From the NCBI GenBank assembly GCA_965227835.1, contig OZ245768.1:1440001-1472000 (forward strand): a stretch of DNA of 32,000 bases. The letters run 5' to 3'. Both the position numbers and the translations under genes were made by a program. This DNA comes from Candidatus Saccharimonadota bacterium (lineage in GTDB: Bacteria > Patescibacteriota > Gracilibacteria > BD1-5 > UBA6164). The notes below the pieces were generated by a model, which was given only the letters and a program-made list of their open reading frames with translations, had not been told where the DNA came from and ran no database searches. This document shows, one piece after another, positions 19,894 through 30,300 of the stretch. Position 1 is the first letter of the stretch. Each line of letters starts with the position of its first letter.

Positions 19894-21081
19894 TTACAAC
19901 ATTTCTTTTAAAAAATCTATTCCTAGTTCACGAAAGTTATAATCATATCAATATATAGGTTTTAGGTTTGTATATTCAAGACATTTTTCTAAAATTCTCT
20001 TATCCATTCTTCAATATCTTGAGCTACATCATGATATGATTATATATTCTTTTCATATATAAAATGAACTTCATCAAATTATTTCATAATTATTATATTT
20101 TAGCTCTATTTCACCATGATAACCTGCTCATAAATTAGCCATCTCATCTGTATCATCCATTATCGTAAATAAATCTTTTAATCATTCTATTTTATGAGTT
20201 ATTTGGACTTTTTTATTTCAAAAAACCAGCTGGAAAGTTTTTTTATCTTTTAGATAAACTAATAGGCATTTTCAGCAATCTCAAGGGTATAAATTTCCTA
20301 ATAAACTAAAATTACATAAATTGAGCATATGCAATGGAATATAACTTTCTTTTAGATAATCATTCACAGATTTCTCAATAATAATTAAATCTAATTTTTT
20401 CTTAAAAGTCCTTTTTTCTTCTAGTTTTTTATTCTCTTCAACTATTCTTGCTATTTCCTCTTCTTCTATCTTTTTTTGCTCTTTAAAAGAAATTTCATTT
20501 ATTACTTTATTATAACTTTTTCAATATATAAAACTATACTCTTCTTCTAAATCTTTTGATACATCATTTGTTATTCACATATCATCTAATGATTTTTTGT
20601 CATAATATATTGAATCTAGGTTTGGATTCTCTAGTAATTCTTTTGCTCTCATTTTACAATATTCTAAATATTCATCAATATAACTAGATTCATCTACACT
20701 AGGCAAAAATACTTTTTCTTCATAAGAGTCACAAAATTCTAGTTTTTCTTTTATTCCACATACTTTTTTTATATAAAAAGCTGATTGAATCACATTTTTT
20801 CATGAAACTCTTTGAACTAAGTCAATTATGTCTCAATTCTCTAAACATCAATAACAATAATAACTTCAATGATCTTTGTATATTTTAAAAGAAGCATTTA
20901 CTTCTTCGTGAAAGGGGCATTTAGAGTATTTATTCTTACCCACCTTAATTCATAGACTTTTAGCAACTTTTATTATATCTCATTTTGATATTATTAAATC
21001 AATAGAAGAGGCTTTTAAGCCTCTTCATAAATGGGTTTTTTCAACTTCAAAATAGGAATGTTCATTTTCTACACGAATCAT
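19894..21081 (-). CDS. DnaG-type CHC2 zinc-finger protein (primase-like; possible degenerate Toprim)
   Basis: Table-25 ORF from ATG 21081-21079 (TAA 21111-21109 upstream) to TAA 19896-19894. Zinc finger: CPFHEEVNASFKIYKDHGSYYCYGCLENGDIIDLV. Later LIIIEKSVNDY and IMDDTDEMANLGAG loosely resemble the Toprim E...DxD motifs. Confidence 0.65.
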
Positions 21082-21111
21082 AAAAATTTGAAAGTTAAAA
21101 ATATAAAATTA

Positions 21112-21171
21112 GTGGTAGGTCTTGGAGTATTATCTAACTAGCTACTTCCAGTATCATTCAAGACCTACCAT
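21112..21171. ncRNA. Long perfect hairpin (13-bp stem, 34-nt loop), possibly a structured RNA or regulatory element
   Basis: gtggtaggtcttg (21112-21124) pairs with caagacctaccat (21159-21171). Locally G+C-richer than the surroundings. Lies in the 378-bp non-coding gap between the CHC2 gene start and the RlaP gene stop. Confidence 0.25.
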
Positions 21172-21459
21172 TGATAATGGAAATAGCTATACTACCCGAA
21201 TTTTCAACAAATAGACAGAGAACAAATGCGCATTGTATCTCTACTATAGTAAAAATTAACTAAGGCATTCAGATGACCTTATTATAGTATATATTTTTCT
21301 TTGTCAAATAAAAAACTTGCTTTTTTCTGATTTTATAAAATAGATTTATATAATTTAGATTATTTCATTATATAATTGTTGAAGTAAAGGGGATATATGT
21401 AATATAAATTTATATGTTTTCACTATATAATTTTTTTGCTCTTGTTTATATTACAACTT

Positions 21460-22254
21460 CTACCAAATTTCCTCATTAAATATATTTTTTCTAAAAATTT
21501 CATCTAAAAGTTCTACTGGTATTTTTCTTGAATGATGCTTTGAGGCTCTTTCCTCTATAAGTTTCATTTGTTTGTCTAAAAACTCATTTATAATTTTTAT
21601 TTTATTTCCAGAATCTAGTTCGTCTCATGACTTCTTCCTCATAATAAGAACATCAATTTCTTCTCTTAATTCTGGACTTATAAGTTCACAATCATCGTAT
21701 AGCTTTTGAAATTCCATCGGTGGGGCATAATTATATTTTTCTATCCATAAACAAGCAAGAACGGGTCTTAGTACATAAAAATATTTTTTTATTCTAACTT
21801 CATCTTTTTTTAGGTATTCTCTAAAATTTCTCTTTGCCATATGAAGGTAGTGATATATGTAGTTTTTTGGTGAGAAGTATTTTGTTTCTATTTCTAGTAT
21901 ATTTTTTTGAAATTCATCATTTTTTCTATAAATAATAGGTGATTTAATCCATTCAGAGAAGCTAGGATTTCATTTTTGAAATAGATATAAAGTTTTTTTT
22001 ATATCCCAGCCGTTAATGTCTATTTCATCTAATATAGGGTATTCAATTACATCTCTTTTTTTATCAATGGATAAATAGTATTCTATTTTATGTTTGTAAA
22101 TAAATCTTACATCAAAATCACTATTTTTGGACTCAAATCACCAAGCTCTTGATCAAGATTCTACACCAAATAATATTTTTACATTATGTTCTTTTTCGCA
22201 GGTTTTGAATCTTTCTTGTATTTCTTCAGATATGTCTTTTGGTATTTTGTTCAT
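21460..22254 (-). CDS. RlaP-type (pol-beta superfamily) nucleotidyltransferase (about 264 aa)
   Basis: ATG 22254 to TAG 21462-21460 under table 25. [25 protein letters not shown] (GS...D.D nucleotidyltransferase motif, two Gly = TGA) and KKYFYVLRPVLACLWIEKYNYAPPMEF, typical of this family. Confidence 0.75.
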
Positions 22255-22586
22255 TTTTTATAAGTATTAATGACACATAAAAAATATGATTATTTTTTAT
22301 AATCTAACAAAAATATCTATTGTGTCAATATTTCGAGTTGCAAAAAACGGGCTAGTATCAATTATGTGTGATTTTTTTGTTTATATTAAACTAACCTATA
22401 AATTTTTTTGATATATAGATAGTAAATAACATGCAGATAGAAACTTCCTAAAATAGAAAATGGCTAAAGCCATCTGTTGAAAAGAATATGAAATCAAAGA
22501 GCTAAATCTCTCTGCTTACTAAGAATAAAAGAATTATTTTTTTGCAGAATCTTAATTTTTTAGGGTTTCATTAAATAAGATTAGAA

Positions 22587-22827
22587 TTATAAAGTATAGA
22601 TCTTATCTGATACTTTTTCAATTTTTGAAACTATTTTCTTGTCTTTCATCATCTTATCAAAAAAATTCTCTTCAATGTCAAAATTTACTATATTAGGTTG
22701 TCTCGTAAAGTATGTAATGAAATATCTTAAAATAGCACTTCTATCTACTCCTTTCTTTTTATAGGCTTCTAAAAAATCTTTTTTTTAATTTTAAATTGTT
22801 CACTATGTTAATAGAAATTTGAAACTC
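22587..22827 (-). pseudogene. Ribbon-helix-helix (CopG/Arc-like) small gene, disrupted or non-canonically started
   Basis: Two frames join across an A8 run (plus-strand T-run at about 22779-22786). ...FQISINIVNNLKLKK | KDFLEAYKKKGVDRSAILRYFITYFTRQP...IYTL*, with TAA at 22589-22587. No ATG start; candidate starts are GTG 22803-22801 or ATT/ATA. Confidence 0.3.
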
Positions 22828-22927
22828 TTATTTATTAAAACAAAAAGTAACTTATTGAATACAAAAATTGATTTTATTATAATAGTTTATATATTATATA
22901 CATATTCTAATATTAATATAAAAAATT

Positions 22928-23989
22928 ATGTTGAATTGATTATCTTTATTTGCTAATGTGTGAATAGCAGAATTTTATTTGAGAGAACTATGAATAAAAG
23001 TAGTGCTTGCAAATGAATTATTAAAAAAAAGAGCTAATTTATATAAACATTTTCATCCTAGTAGTAATATTATTTGTTGAGATATTACAAAAAATGATAT
23101 ATATAATAAAATATTAGAAGAATCAAAAAAAGCAGATGTAGATTTTGTTATGGCAACACCTCCTTGTCAATGAATGAGTATAGCTTGAAAAATGAATGAA
23201 AATGATCCAAGAAATTCACTAATAATGAAAGCTGTTGAAATCATAAAAGAGTTAAACCCTAAATATTGATTAATAGAAAATGTTCCTTGATTTTTAAAAA
23301 CATATATTCAATATAATTGAGAAAAAATATTAATTACTGACTATATTAATAACGAATTATGAGATAATTTTAATCTAAAATTTGATATTTTAGATGCCTC
23401 TAAGCATTGAACACCTCAAGTTAGAAAAAGAGCCTTTGTTTTAATTTCAAATAAAAATACTTGAAAAGAAATTAATTTTCCCAGAGAACAAAAAGAAATA
23501 ACTGTAGAAGATGCAATTTGACATTTACCAAGTTTAGAAAGCTGAGAAACATCAAATATAGAATATCATAATTCTAAAAAACATAATAGTAAACATATAT
23601 TATGGATGAAGAATACACCTACTTGAAAAACAGCATTTGATAATGATAAACACTTCCCTCAAAAAGATAATTGAGAAAGAATAAGATGATTTAATACAAC
23701 GTATAAAAGAATAAATTGGGATAAACCAGCGCCTACAATTACCATGTGTAGTTGAGCAATTTCTTCTCAAAATAATGTTCATCCTTGAAGAAAAAAAGAT
23801 AATTGAGAATTCTCTGATGCTAGAGTTCTTACATTAAAAGAATTATTTATACTAATGTGATTACCAGATAATATTAAATTACCCAATTGGGCTAGTGATA
23901 ATTTTATAAGGCAGGTCATTTGAGAATGAGTACCTCCTATTTTTATTAGAGAAATTTTAAAAGAAATAAAACAAGCGGATTATAATTAA
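22928..23989 (+). CDS. DNA (cytosine-5) methyltransferase (about 353 aa)
   Basis: ATG 22928 to TAA 23987-23989 under table 25. Motif I GLSLFANVGIAE; motif IV ATPPCQGMS (Gly = TGA at 23171-23173); motif VI ENVPGF; GTPQVRKRAFV; motif X GEGVPP. Confidence 0.9.
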
Positions 23990-23990
23990 T

Positions 23991-24917
23991 TTATCATCTT
24001 TTATTAAATTGTAATCAGTGAAAAGCTTCATTCTTTCAACTTCATTTCATTTGCACTGTTATATTTCATATATGAAAACTTCAATTTTCAGTTTCTTTAT
24101 ATCAATTTAAACAACTTTCAGAAATGACTTCATCCATATTTTTTATATAAAAATCAACTACTTGTGTTGAAGAATATTCATTGTTATTTACCAAATAATA
24201 GTCAGCAAAATATTCTTTTTCTGAAAATCATTCTTTCAAAACAATTTCTGTAATCTTTTTTTGATTTTTATTAAAAAAGTTTTTTATTATATTTCTTTCA
24301 TTATCAGTTAATTCATTTATTAACCATCTATTTCTTCTTCATTGCTCTAGTTGAAATAAATTATTTAAACAATTTATACATTCAATATCATTTTTTGATA
24401 TTTTAGTTTTTTCTTCTAATTCGTTTAAACATAATTTTTGTAATTCACTTAAATTATTCCTATTTTCAATTAAAAGTTTTGAGGGCTTATAATTTCAAAA
24501 TCAACAAAATTTTGATAATCAAATATATAATTCATCTGAAAATTCTATTAAATTATTTTTTATAATCTCTCTAAAATTTTTAACATTAGTAATTTGCACT
24601 TGAATACTTCAACTAGAAGATTTAATAGATATTCATTTTTTTGTTATAAAATCATCTTTTTCAAATATTATATGTATATCTGCTTTAGGTGGTTTTTTTT
24701 GTCATCAAAATCTATTTTTCACTTTTTTAGGAGATTTTTCTGCATATATTTTGTAATCTTTAAAATTATTTATTCATAAATCCTTTGAAATATATTCAAC
24801 TATTTTATATCACTCTTTTTTTGTTTTATAATTATTTATTAATTCAACTATAATATCTTCATATCAATATCAATGAAATCGTCAATTTTCTCAAGAAGCT
24901 ACTAAATCTGTAACCAT
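23991..24917 (-). CDS. Putative type II restriction endonuclease partner of the C5-MTase (about 308 aa)
   Basis: Table-25 ORF from ATG 24917 to TAA 23993-23991. It is convergent with the MTase (1-nt gap) and lies 12 nt downstream of the C-like HTH gene. Possible PD-(D/E)xK-like core: PKADIHIIFEKDDFITKKGISIKSS. No family recognised with certainty. Confidence 0.45.
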
Positions 24918-24929
24918 ATTATTATATTT

Positions 24930-25133
24930 TTAATTAAATAAATCTTTTATCTCAACTCATAGAGCCAAAGCAATTTTTTCAATGTTCTCAACTGAAATAT
25001 TTTTTAATCCTCTTTCCACTGATGATAAATAAGTTCTGTGTAACTTAGATTTAAATCATAGTTTTTCTTGAGATATATTTTTTTCTTTTCTTATTTTTTT
25101 AATTCGATTTCATAATTTTTCTTTAACATTCAT
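24930..25133 (-). CDS. XRE-family HTH protein, controller (C) protein-like (67 aa)
   Basis: MNVKEKLGNRIKKIRKEKNISQEKLGFKSKLHRTYLSSVERGLKNISVENIEKIALALGVEIKDLFN*. The HRTY-SSVERG-KNIS pattern is typical of R-M controller proteins. Located immediately upstream of the endonuclease candidate. Confidence 0.75.
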
Positions 25134-25357
25134 AATATTAATTTTATAAAATAACAGTTTAATATTATATTTTGTATTCAATAAATCTACACTCAATAAA
25201 TTACATTTATAATACTCTATTTATTAAAATATTTTGTAAGCACAAAAAAAGTCCAAATCTCAAGGGATATTGGATTTTTAGCCACACATTTTTTACAATT
25301 ATGCTGCAATCTAAAAAATCAATTTTAATCAAAAATCATTTACTAAATTATAAAACC

Positions 25358-25393
25358 AAAAAAAGATTTTCAAATATTTGAAAATCTTTTTTA
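25358..25393. terminator. Perfect 18+18 palindrome with A-run/T-run (bidirectional terminator-like) just 3' of tRNA-Lys
   Basis: aaaaaaagattttcaaat|atttgaaaatcttttttt, centred at 25375/25376. Confidence 0.6.
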
Positions 25394-25402
25394 AATCTTA
25401 AA

Positions 25403-25478
25403 TGGTGGGGCATCCGGGGCTCGAACCCAGGACCTCCTCCTTAAAAGGGAGTTGCTCTACCAACTGAGCTAATGCCCC
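25403..25478 (-). tRNA. tRNA-Lys (anticodon UUU), CCA encoded
   Basis: Reverse complement: GGGGCAT TA GCTC AGTTGGTA GAGC A ACTCC CTTTTAA GGAGG AGGTC CTGGG TTCGAGC CCCGG ATGCCCC A CCA. 76 nt, cloverleaf folds by hand, anticodon loop CU-UUU-AA. Confidence 0.95.
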
Positions 25479-25555
25479 ATATAAATGCCAGGGCATTTTA
25501 TAAAAAAAAACTCTCATTGCAAATTTTTTAATACCCTACATAAATACTTTTTAAA

Positions 25556-26425
25556 CTACAAACTCAACCTCTTTCTAGGAAACAAAAACTCTCAATCATA
25601 AAATACAATATTTGTAATCTCATCTCCTTGCCTCACAAACAAATCCACATTTTTAGAAAAACCAAAATCTCCTTTTACCCTTAATCAATCATTTATTTTA
25701 CTCAAAACACAAGAATCCAAAGATATAAATTCATTTTTAAATAAATCTCATACATTCAAAAATTTATTCATATCAAAATCTTCCAAACTTTGGGCTAAAC
25801 TTATATTTAAATCTCCTATTTTAATCCTCCTAAGTTCGCTAATAAATCATCAACTACCCAAAATCTTACCCAAATCAGAAGCAATAGACCTTATATAAGT
25901 TCAAGCAGAAACTTCAGCTTTCAGATTCAGTAAAGGATAACAAAATTTTAATACCTCTATATCAAAAATCTCAATCTCTCTAGCTTTCATCTCTAAATTT
26001 TCTCCTGATCTTGCCAAATCATAAGCCCTTTTTCATCATATTTTTACTGCACTATATTTTGGAGGTACTTGCATTATCTTTCCTCTAAAATTTTTATTTA
26101 AAACATCCTCTATCAACTCTAAACTTATTTCTTTTTTATATTTCTCCTGAAAACTCTCATCCAAAAAATCTGGAATTTCCCCCAAATCAAAAGACTCACT
26201 AACTCAATTTAAACTTACAATAAATTCATAAGTTTTTTTCCATTTTTCCAAATAGGGAATTAATTTTGTATAAGAACCTGTAGCTAATAAAATCCCTCAA
26301 GTAGCCAAGGGATCAAGAGTACCAGTATGACCTATTTTTCTAATATTAAGTTTTTTTCTAATATTTCTAACTACATCAAAACTAGAAATTCACAAAGGCT
26401 TATCTATATAATAAAATCTATTCAT
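25556..26425 (-). CDS. truB: tRNA pseudouridine(55) synthase
   Basis: ATG 26425 to TAG 25558-25556 under table 25. [29 protein letters not shown] (Gly = TGA at 26299-26297), [17 protein letters not shown] and SAGTYIRS. Confidence 0.9.
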
Positions 26426-26493
26426 ACTTTTAAAAAACTCATATATAACATTCTATATTCTATTTTTGTCTATCATCCCCCAATTTTTTTATT

Positions 26494-26547
26494 CCCTCTC
26501 CTTCAAAGGAGAGGGTTAGGGTGAGGTTTTTACGGGTTAGGGTGAGG
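26494..26547. other. GC-rich hairpin plus twice-repeated GGGTTAGGGTGAGG element (G4-capable) in the lepB-truB spacer
   Basis: ccctctcc (26494-26501) / ggagaggg (26508-26515), then gggttagggtgagg at 26513-26526 and again at 26534-26547. Confidence 0.4.
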
Positions 26548-26610
26548 ATCTATCCTTCTTTCTAAGCAAAAAATTATGATGAGTATGAGCGATGAGACTT
26601 TCTAAACTAC

Positions 26611-27300
26611 CTAAATTCAATAATCATAACTACTAGGAGTTGAAAACCATTTAGGTTCTGTGCTTAATCATTTTTTAGGATGAGTAAAAGAAAAATTATA
26701 AAAATTAAAATAACCTAAATCTAAAAACATCCTACCCACAATTTCATCTTTACTTATAAAACTATCTCTCTTAGTTGCCTCACATGAAAAAGAAAAACAA
26801 GTCCTTGAATCACTTGAATGAGCCCTATTATCTCACATCAAAAAATACTTTCACTCAGGAACTCTGTAATTATACTCCACTTTCAAATTTCAAACCTTTG
26901 TATTTCAAGAATTTGATAAATTTAAATATGGCTCATCCAATTTTATAAAATTATAGGTAGAATCATTCTTCAAAAAAACATCTCAATCTTTAATTCTCAC
27001 TGTATCTCCTGGGACTCAAATAATTCTTTTTATAAAATATTTTTTATCCTTGTTTACTCAAGGTTTAAATACAACCACATCACCCCTTTTTAATTCTCAT
27101 TTTTTAATCTTTGGTATATTTAGATAAGAAAACCTATCTACTATTATGAACTCTTTATCATAATAAGAATCAGCCATTGATTGCCCACTAATTTGAAAAG
27201 GTTCTGCTATAAAGCTCCTAATAATAACAACTATAACAACTATCCAAACCAAATCCTTCAAAAAATCAAAAATCTCTCATTTTATTCACTGCTTTTCCAA
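26611..27300 (-). CDS. lepB: Signal peptidase I
   Basis: Table-25 ORF ending at TAG 26613-26611. TM-like LVWIVVIVVIIRSF, then IAEPFQISGQSMADS (catalytic Ser box), RGDVVVF, KRIIGVPGD and GDNRAHSSDSR. There is no in-frame ATG after the upstream TAA, so the start is tentatively TTG 27300-27298. Confidence 0.8.
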
Positions 27301-27351
27301 ATCTTTTTAAACTTAACTTTTAAAAAATTTGCCACATTATATAAACAAGCA

Positions 27352-27380
27352 AATAAAAAACAAGAGCTTTAGCTCTTGTT
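27352..27380 (-). terminator. Rho-independent terminator of the giant ORF
   Basis: aacaagagc (27359-27367), loop ttta, gctcttgtt (27372-27380). On the minus strand it is followed by a T-run. It overlaps the stop codon at 27381-27379. Confidence 0.65.
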
Positions 27381-30300
27381 ATTTGCTTAACCAATCTGGA
27401 ACATCCATTCCATCATCCCATAAATCTCAAGGTGTTTTTTTATTTTCCTTTTTATCCTTATCATCATCTTTTTTATTCTTCAAACTTCAATCATCTTTTT
27501 CATTTTTCTTTGTTTCACCATCTTTTTTTCCTTCATCTTTTTTCTCGGGATTTTTACTTTCTTTAACATCATCTTTTTTATCTGACAGCTTATCTTTGTT
27601 TCATACATTATCTCAATCCTCTAAACTATTCCTCTTTTCTTCTCATTTTTTCTTCTCTGAAACATTCTCAACTCATTTATTTTCTTTACCAATACTTGGA
27701 TTCTTACTATCCAGTTTTTTATCTTCTTTTTTATTTTTTTCTTCTTGCTTTTTGTATTCTAAACTTCAGTCACCTTTTTCATTTTTCTTTTCTTCTAGTT
27801 CATTTTTTTCAGGATTTTTACTGCTTTTATCATCACTATCTTTTATATCATTACTAACATTATCTTCTTTCAAAGGTTCTACTTTTTTATCTTCTTTTTT
27901 ATCCAAAGAAGTCTTGTTATCATTTTTAGAAATATCTTCAATATTATCTTTTTTAATCTTTTCTTCTTTATTATCCTTTTGTAAACTTCAAGTTTCTTTA
28001 GTCTTATAATCGTTTTTCTTTATTTCCTTTGTATCTACTTTTTCAAATGTTTTTTCAGTGTTTTTATTCTCTTTGATGTCATCCTTTTTCTCTGATTTAT
28101 TATCTTTTTTCAATTCACTATTTCAATCTTTTATCCCCATTTTTTTATTATCTCATTTTTCGTCTTTGTCAATGTTTTTCATCTTTTGGTTATTTTTATC
28201 GTTATTTGTATTTTTATTATCTAATTTCCCGTTTTCTTTTTTAATAGAAAAATCTTTTTTCTCATCTGCTTTAACCTTTTTCTCTGTAGAAGTTTTTTCA
28301 CCCATAGAAGTATTTTTAATTTGATCTTTATCGTTTTTTGGAAAATCCTCTTCAACATTTTTTATACCTTTTTCATCTTCTTGATTTAAATCATCTTTTA
28401 AAAATTTCTCATCTTTTGTTTTAGGAGCTTTCAAACTATCTTTTTTATTTTTCTCTCAAATCTCTTCTAAACCTGAACCAATTTTTGAATCAGTTTCTTC
28501 TTTAGGTTTTTCTTCCAAACTTCATTTTAACCAATCTGGTATATTGCTATCATCTTTTTTTTCTTCATCTTTTTTTAAACTTTCTTCACCTTTTTTATTA
28601 TTAGATGCTTCCTGTAAACTTCATTTTAACCAATCAGGTTGATTATCTTCCTCTTTTGTAACATCATCTAAATTATTTGGAGTTTCTTCCTTTTTATTTC
28701 CTATAAAATCATTTTTAGGTTTTTCTAGTTTCTCATTTTTAAAATCTTTTTTATCTTCAGTTAAAGTACTTTTTTTATTTTTGCTTGATTCATTGTTACC
28801 TTCCACATCTTTTATACTACCAAGTAACCAATCAGGAGTATTTCATACTTTTTCTTTTTTATCTTGTGTATCTTCATTTCCAAAACTAGCCATCTTATTA
28901 TCTCAGGTATTTTTTTCAGTTATTTTGTTATCTACCAGTTTACTATCTTTATCATCTTTTAATCACTCTTTAGAAGATACTTTTTCAAAATCTGTTTTAA
29001 AATCCGAAACTCAAGATTTATTTTTTAAATCATTAGAATTTTTTTCCTCATTTTTCTCACCTTCTCATTCTTCTACTTTTTTTTCTCCACCAAATATATC
29101 ATCTTTCTCTAGTTCTTGAGAAGAGCTTTTTTCTTTAACAAAATCTTTAAATCATTTATCTTTATTTTTATTTGATACTTTGTAATAAACAAAATATCAA
29201 GCTCATCAAATTCCAAGTATGAAAAGTATTCATAAAAGTATGTATATAATTGTTTTTAATATACTACTTATTATAGAACCTCATTCCTCTTCTTGTATTT
29301 CTACTATTTCTTCTTCTGGTATATTTGACACATCTCAAAATATTAAATTCTTCAATGTCATTCAAAAATTAATTTTGTCATCATTAATAAGGTTTCTATC
29401 ATTTCTTATAACTTCCCATATCTTATCTCAAAGTATTTTATTTTGATCTATATTATCATTAGCCTTGATAACTTCTAGTGTAGAATCTACATATTCTTCA
29501 CAAGTACCATATTCCTTTGTATCAAATTCACATTCCAAATTTTTAGGAGTCAATCATTGTAAAGCTCTAAGTGCTACACTTTTTAAACTTCAGTCATCAC
29601 TTTCCCTCAAAAGTAAATCTTCTAGTTTTTCTATTATTTCGTCTCTATTTTCTATCAGAGAACTACTTAAAAATCATTCAAAATCATAAATGATTTTTGT
29701 TCTTTCTGTTTCATCATTCCATTCATCTTTTAGTCTTGCTACATAAGTCTTTGCTGTTCTTCAATCATCTCATACTATACTAGAAACTAAATCTTTTAGC
29801 TCTTCCAGTTTTTGCCTTTGTTCATCCGTAACTCATTCAAAAACTACACTTTTTAAATTTATATCTTCATCTTTTATATATGATTTTACGATTTTATAAT
29901 CCTTACTTATTATTACCCTTCAATCTAAATCTTTTACATAAACTCTTATTTCTTGGACTTTATTGTTATTAAGTTCTATTTTCAAATAATTTTCATTTTT
30001 AGAGCTTATATCTTCATCATCATCTTTTCAACCATTCAAATCAGAGTCTTTTTCCAAATTTATATCTGCTGCTATTTGTGAAAAATCCTTTTCATCTTGA
30101 AATAACAACACACTTACATCAGGTATTCTTTCATCAAGCTCAATAGTATTTTCAGAATCTTCTATAGGATTCATAAAAAGCATACCAACTTTACTTTTTT
30201 TTGATCTAAGAAGATTAGAAACATTTTTTGATACAGTTTTTTTAATTGTTTTTGCTTTGTTTCAATCAGATATAGAAAGTTCAACCTCGTGAGATTGTTT

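Noticed and set aside
23600-24779. Track ORFs 23600..23782 (-) and 24594..24779 (+).
   Set aside because: They are antisense shadows of the C5-MTase and of the endonuclease candidate, respectively.
25172-25381. Track ORF 25172..25381 (+) between the C gene and tRNA-Lys.
   Set aside because: It is a low-complexity peptide with no motif. The region is better explained as the promoter/operator region of the C-R operon plus the palindromic terminator at 25358-25393.
25484-25500. Small hairpin aatgc-cagg-gcatt between tRNA-Lys and truB, considered as a terminator.
   Set aside because: The stem is only 5-6 bp and no U-run follows it on the transcribed (minus) strand. truB and the tRNA are probably co-transcribed.
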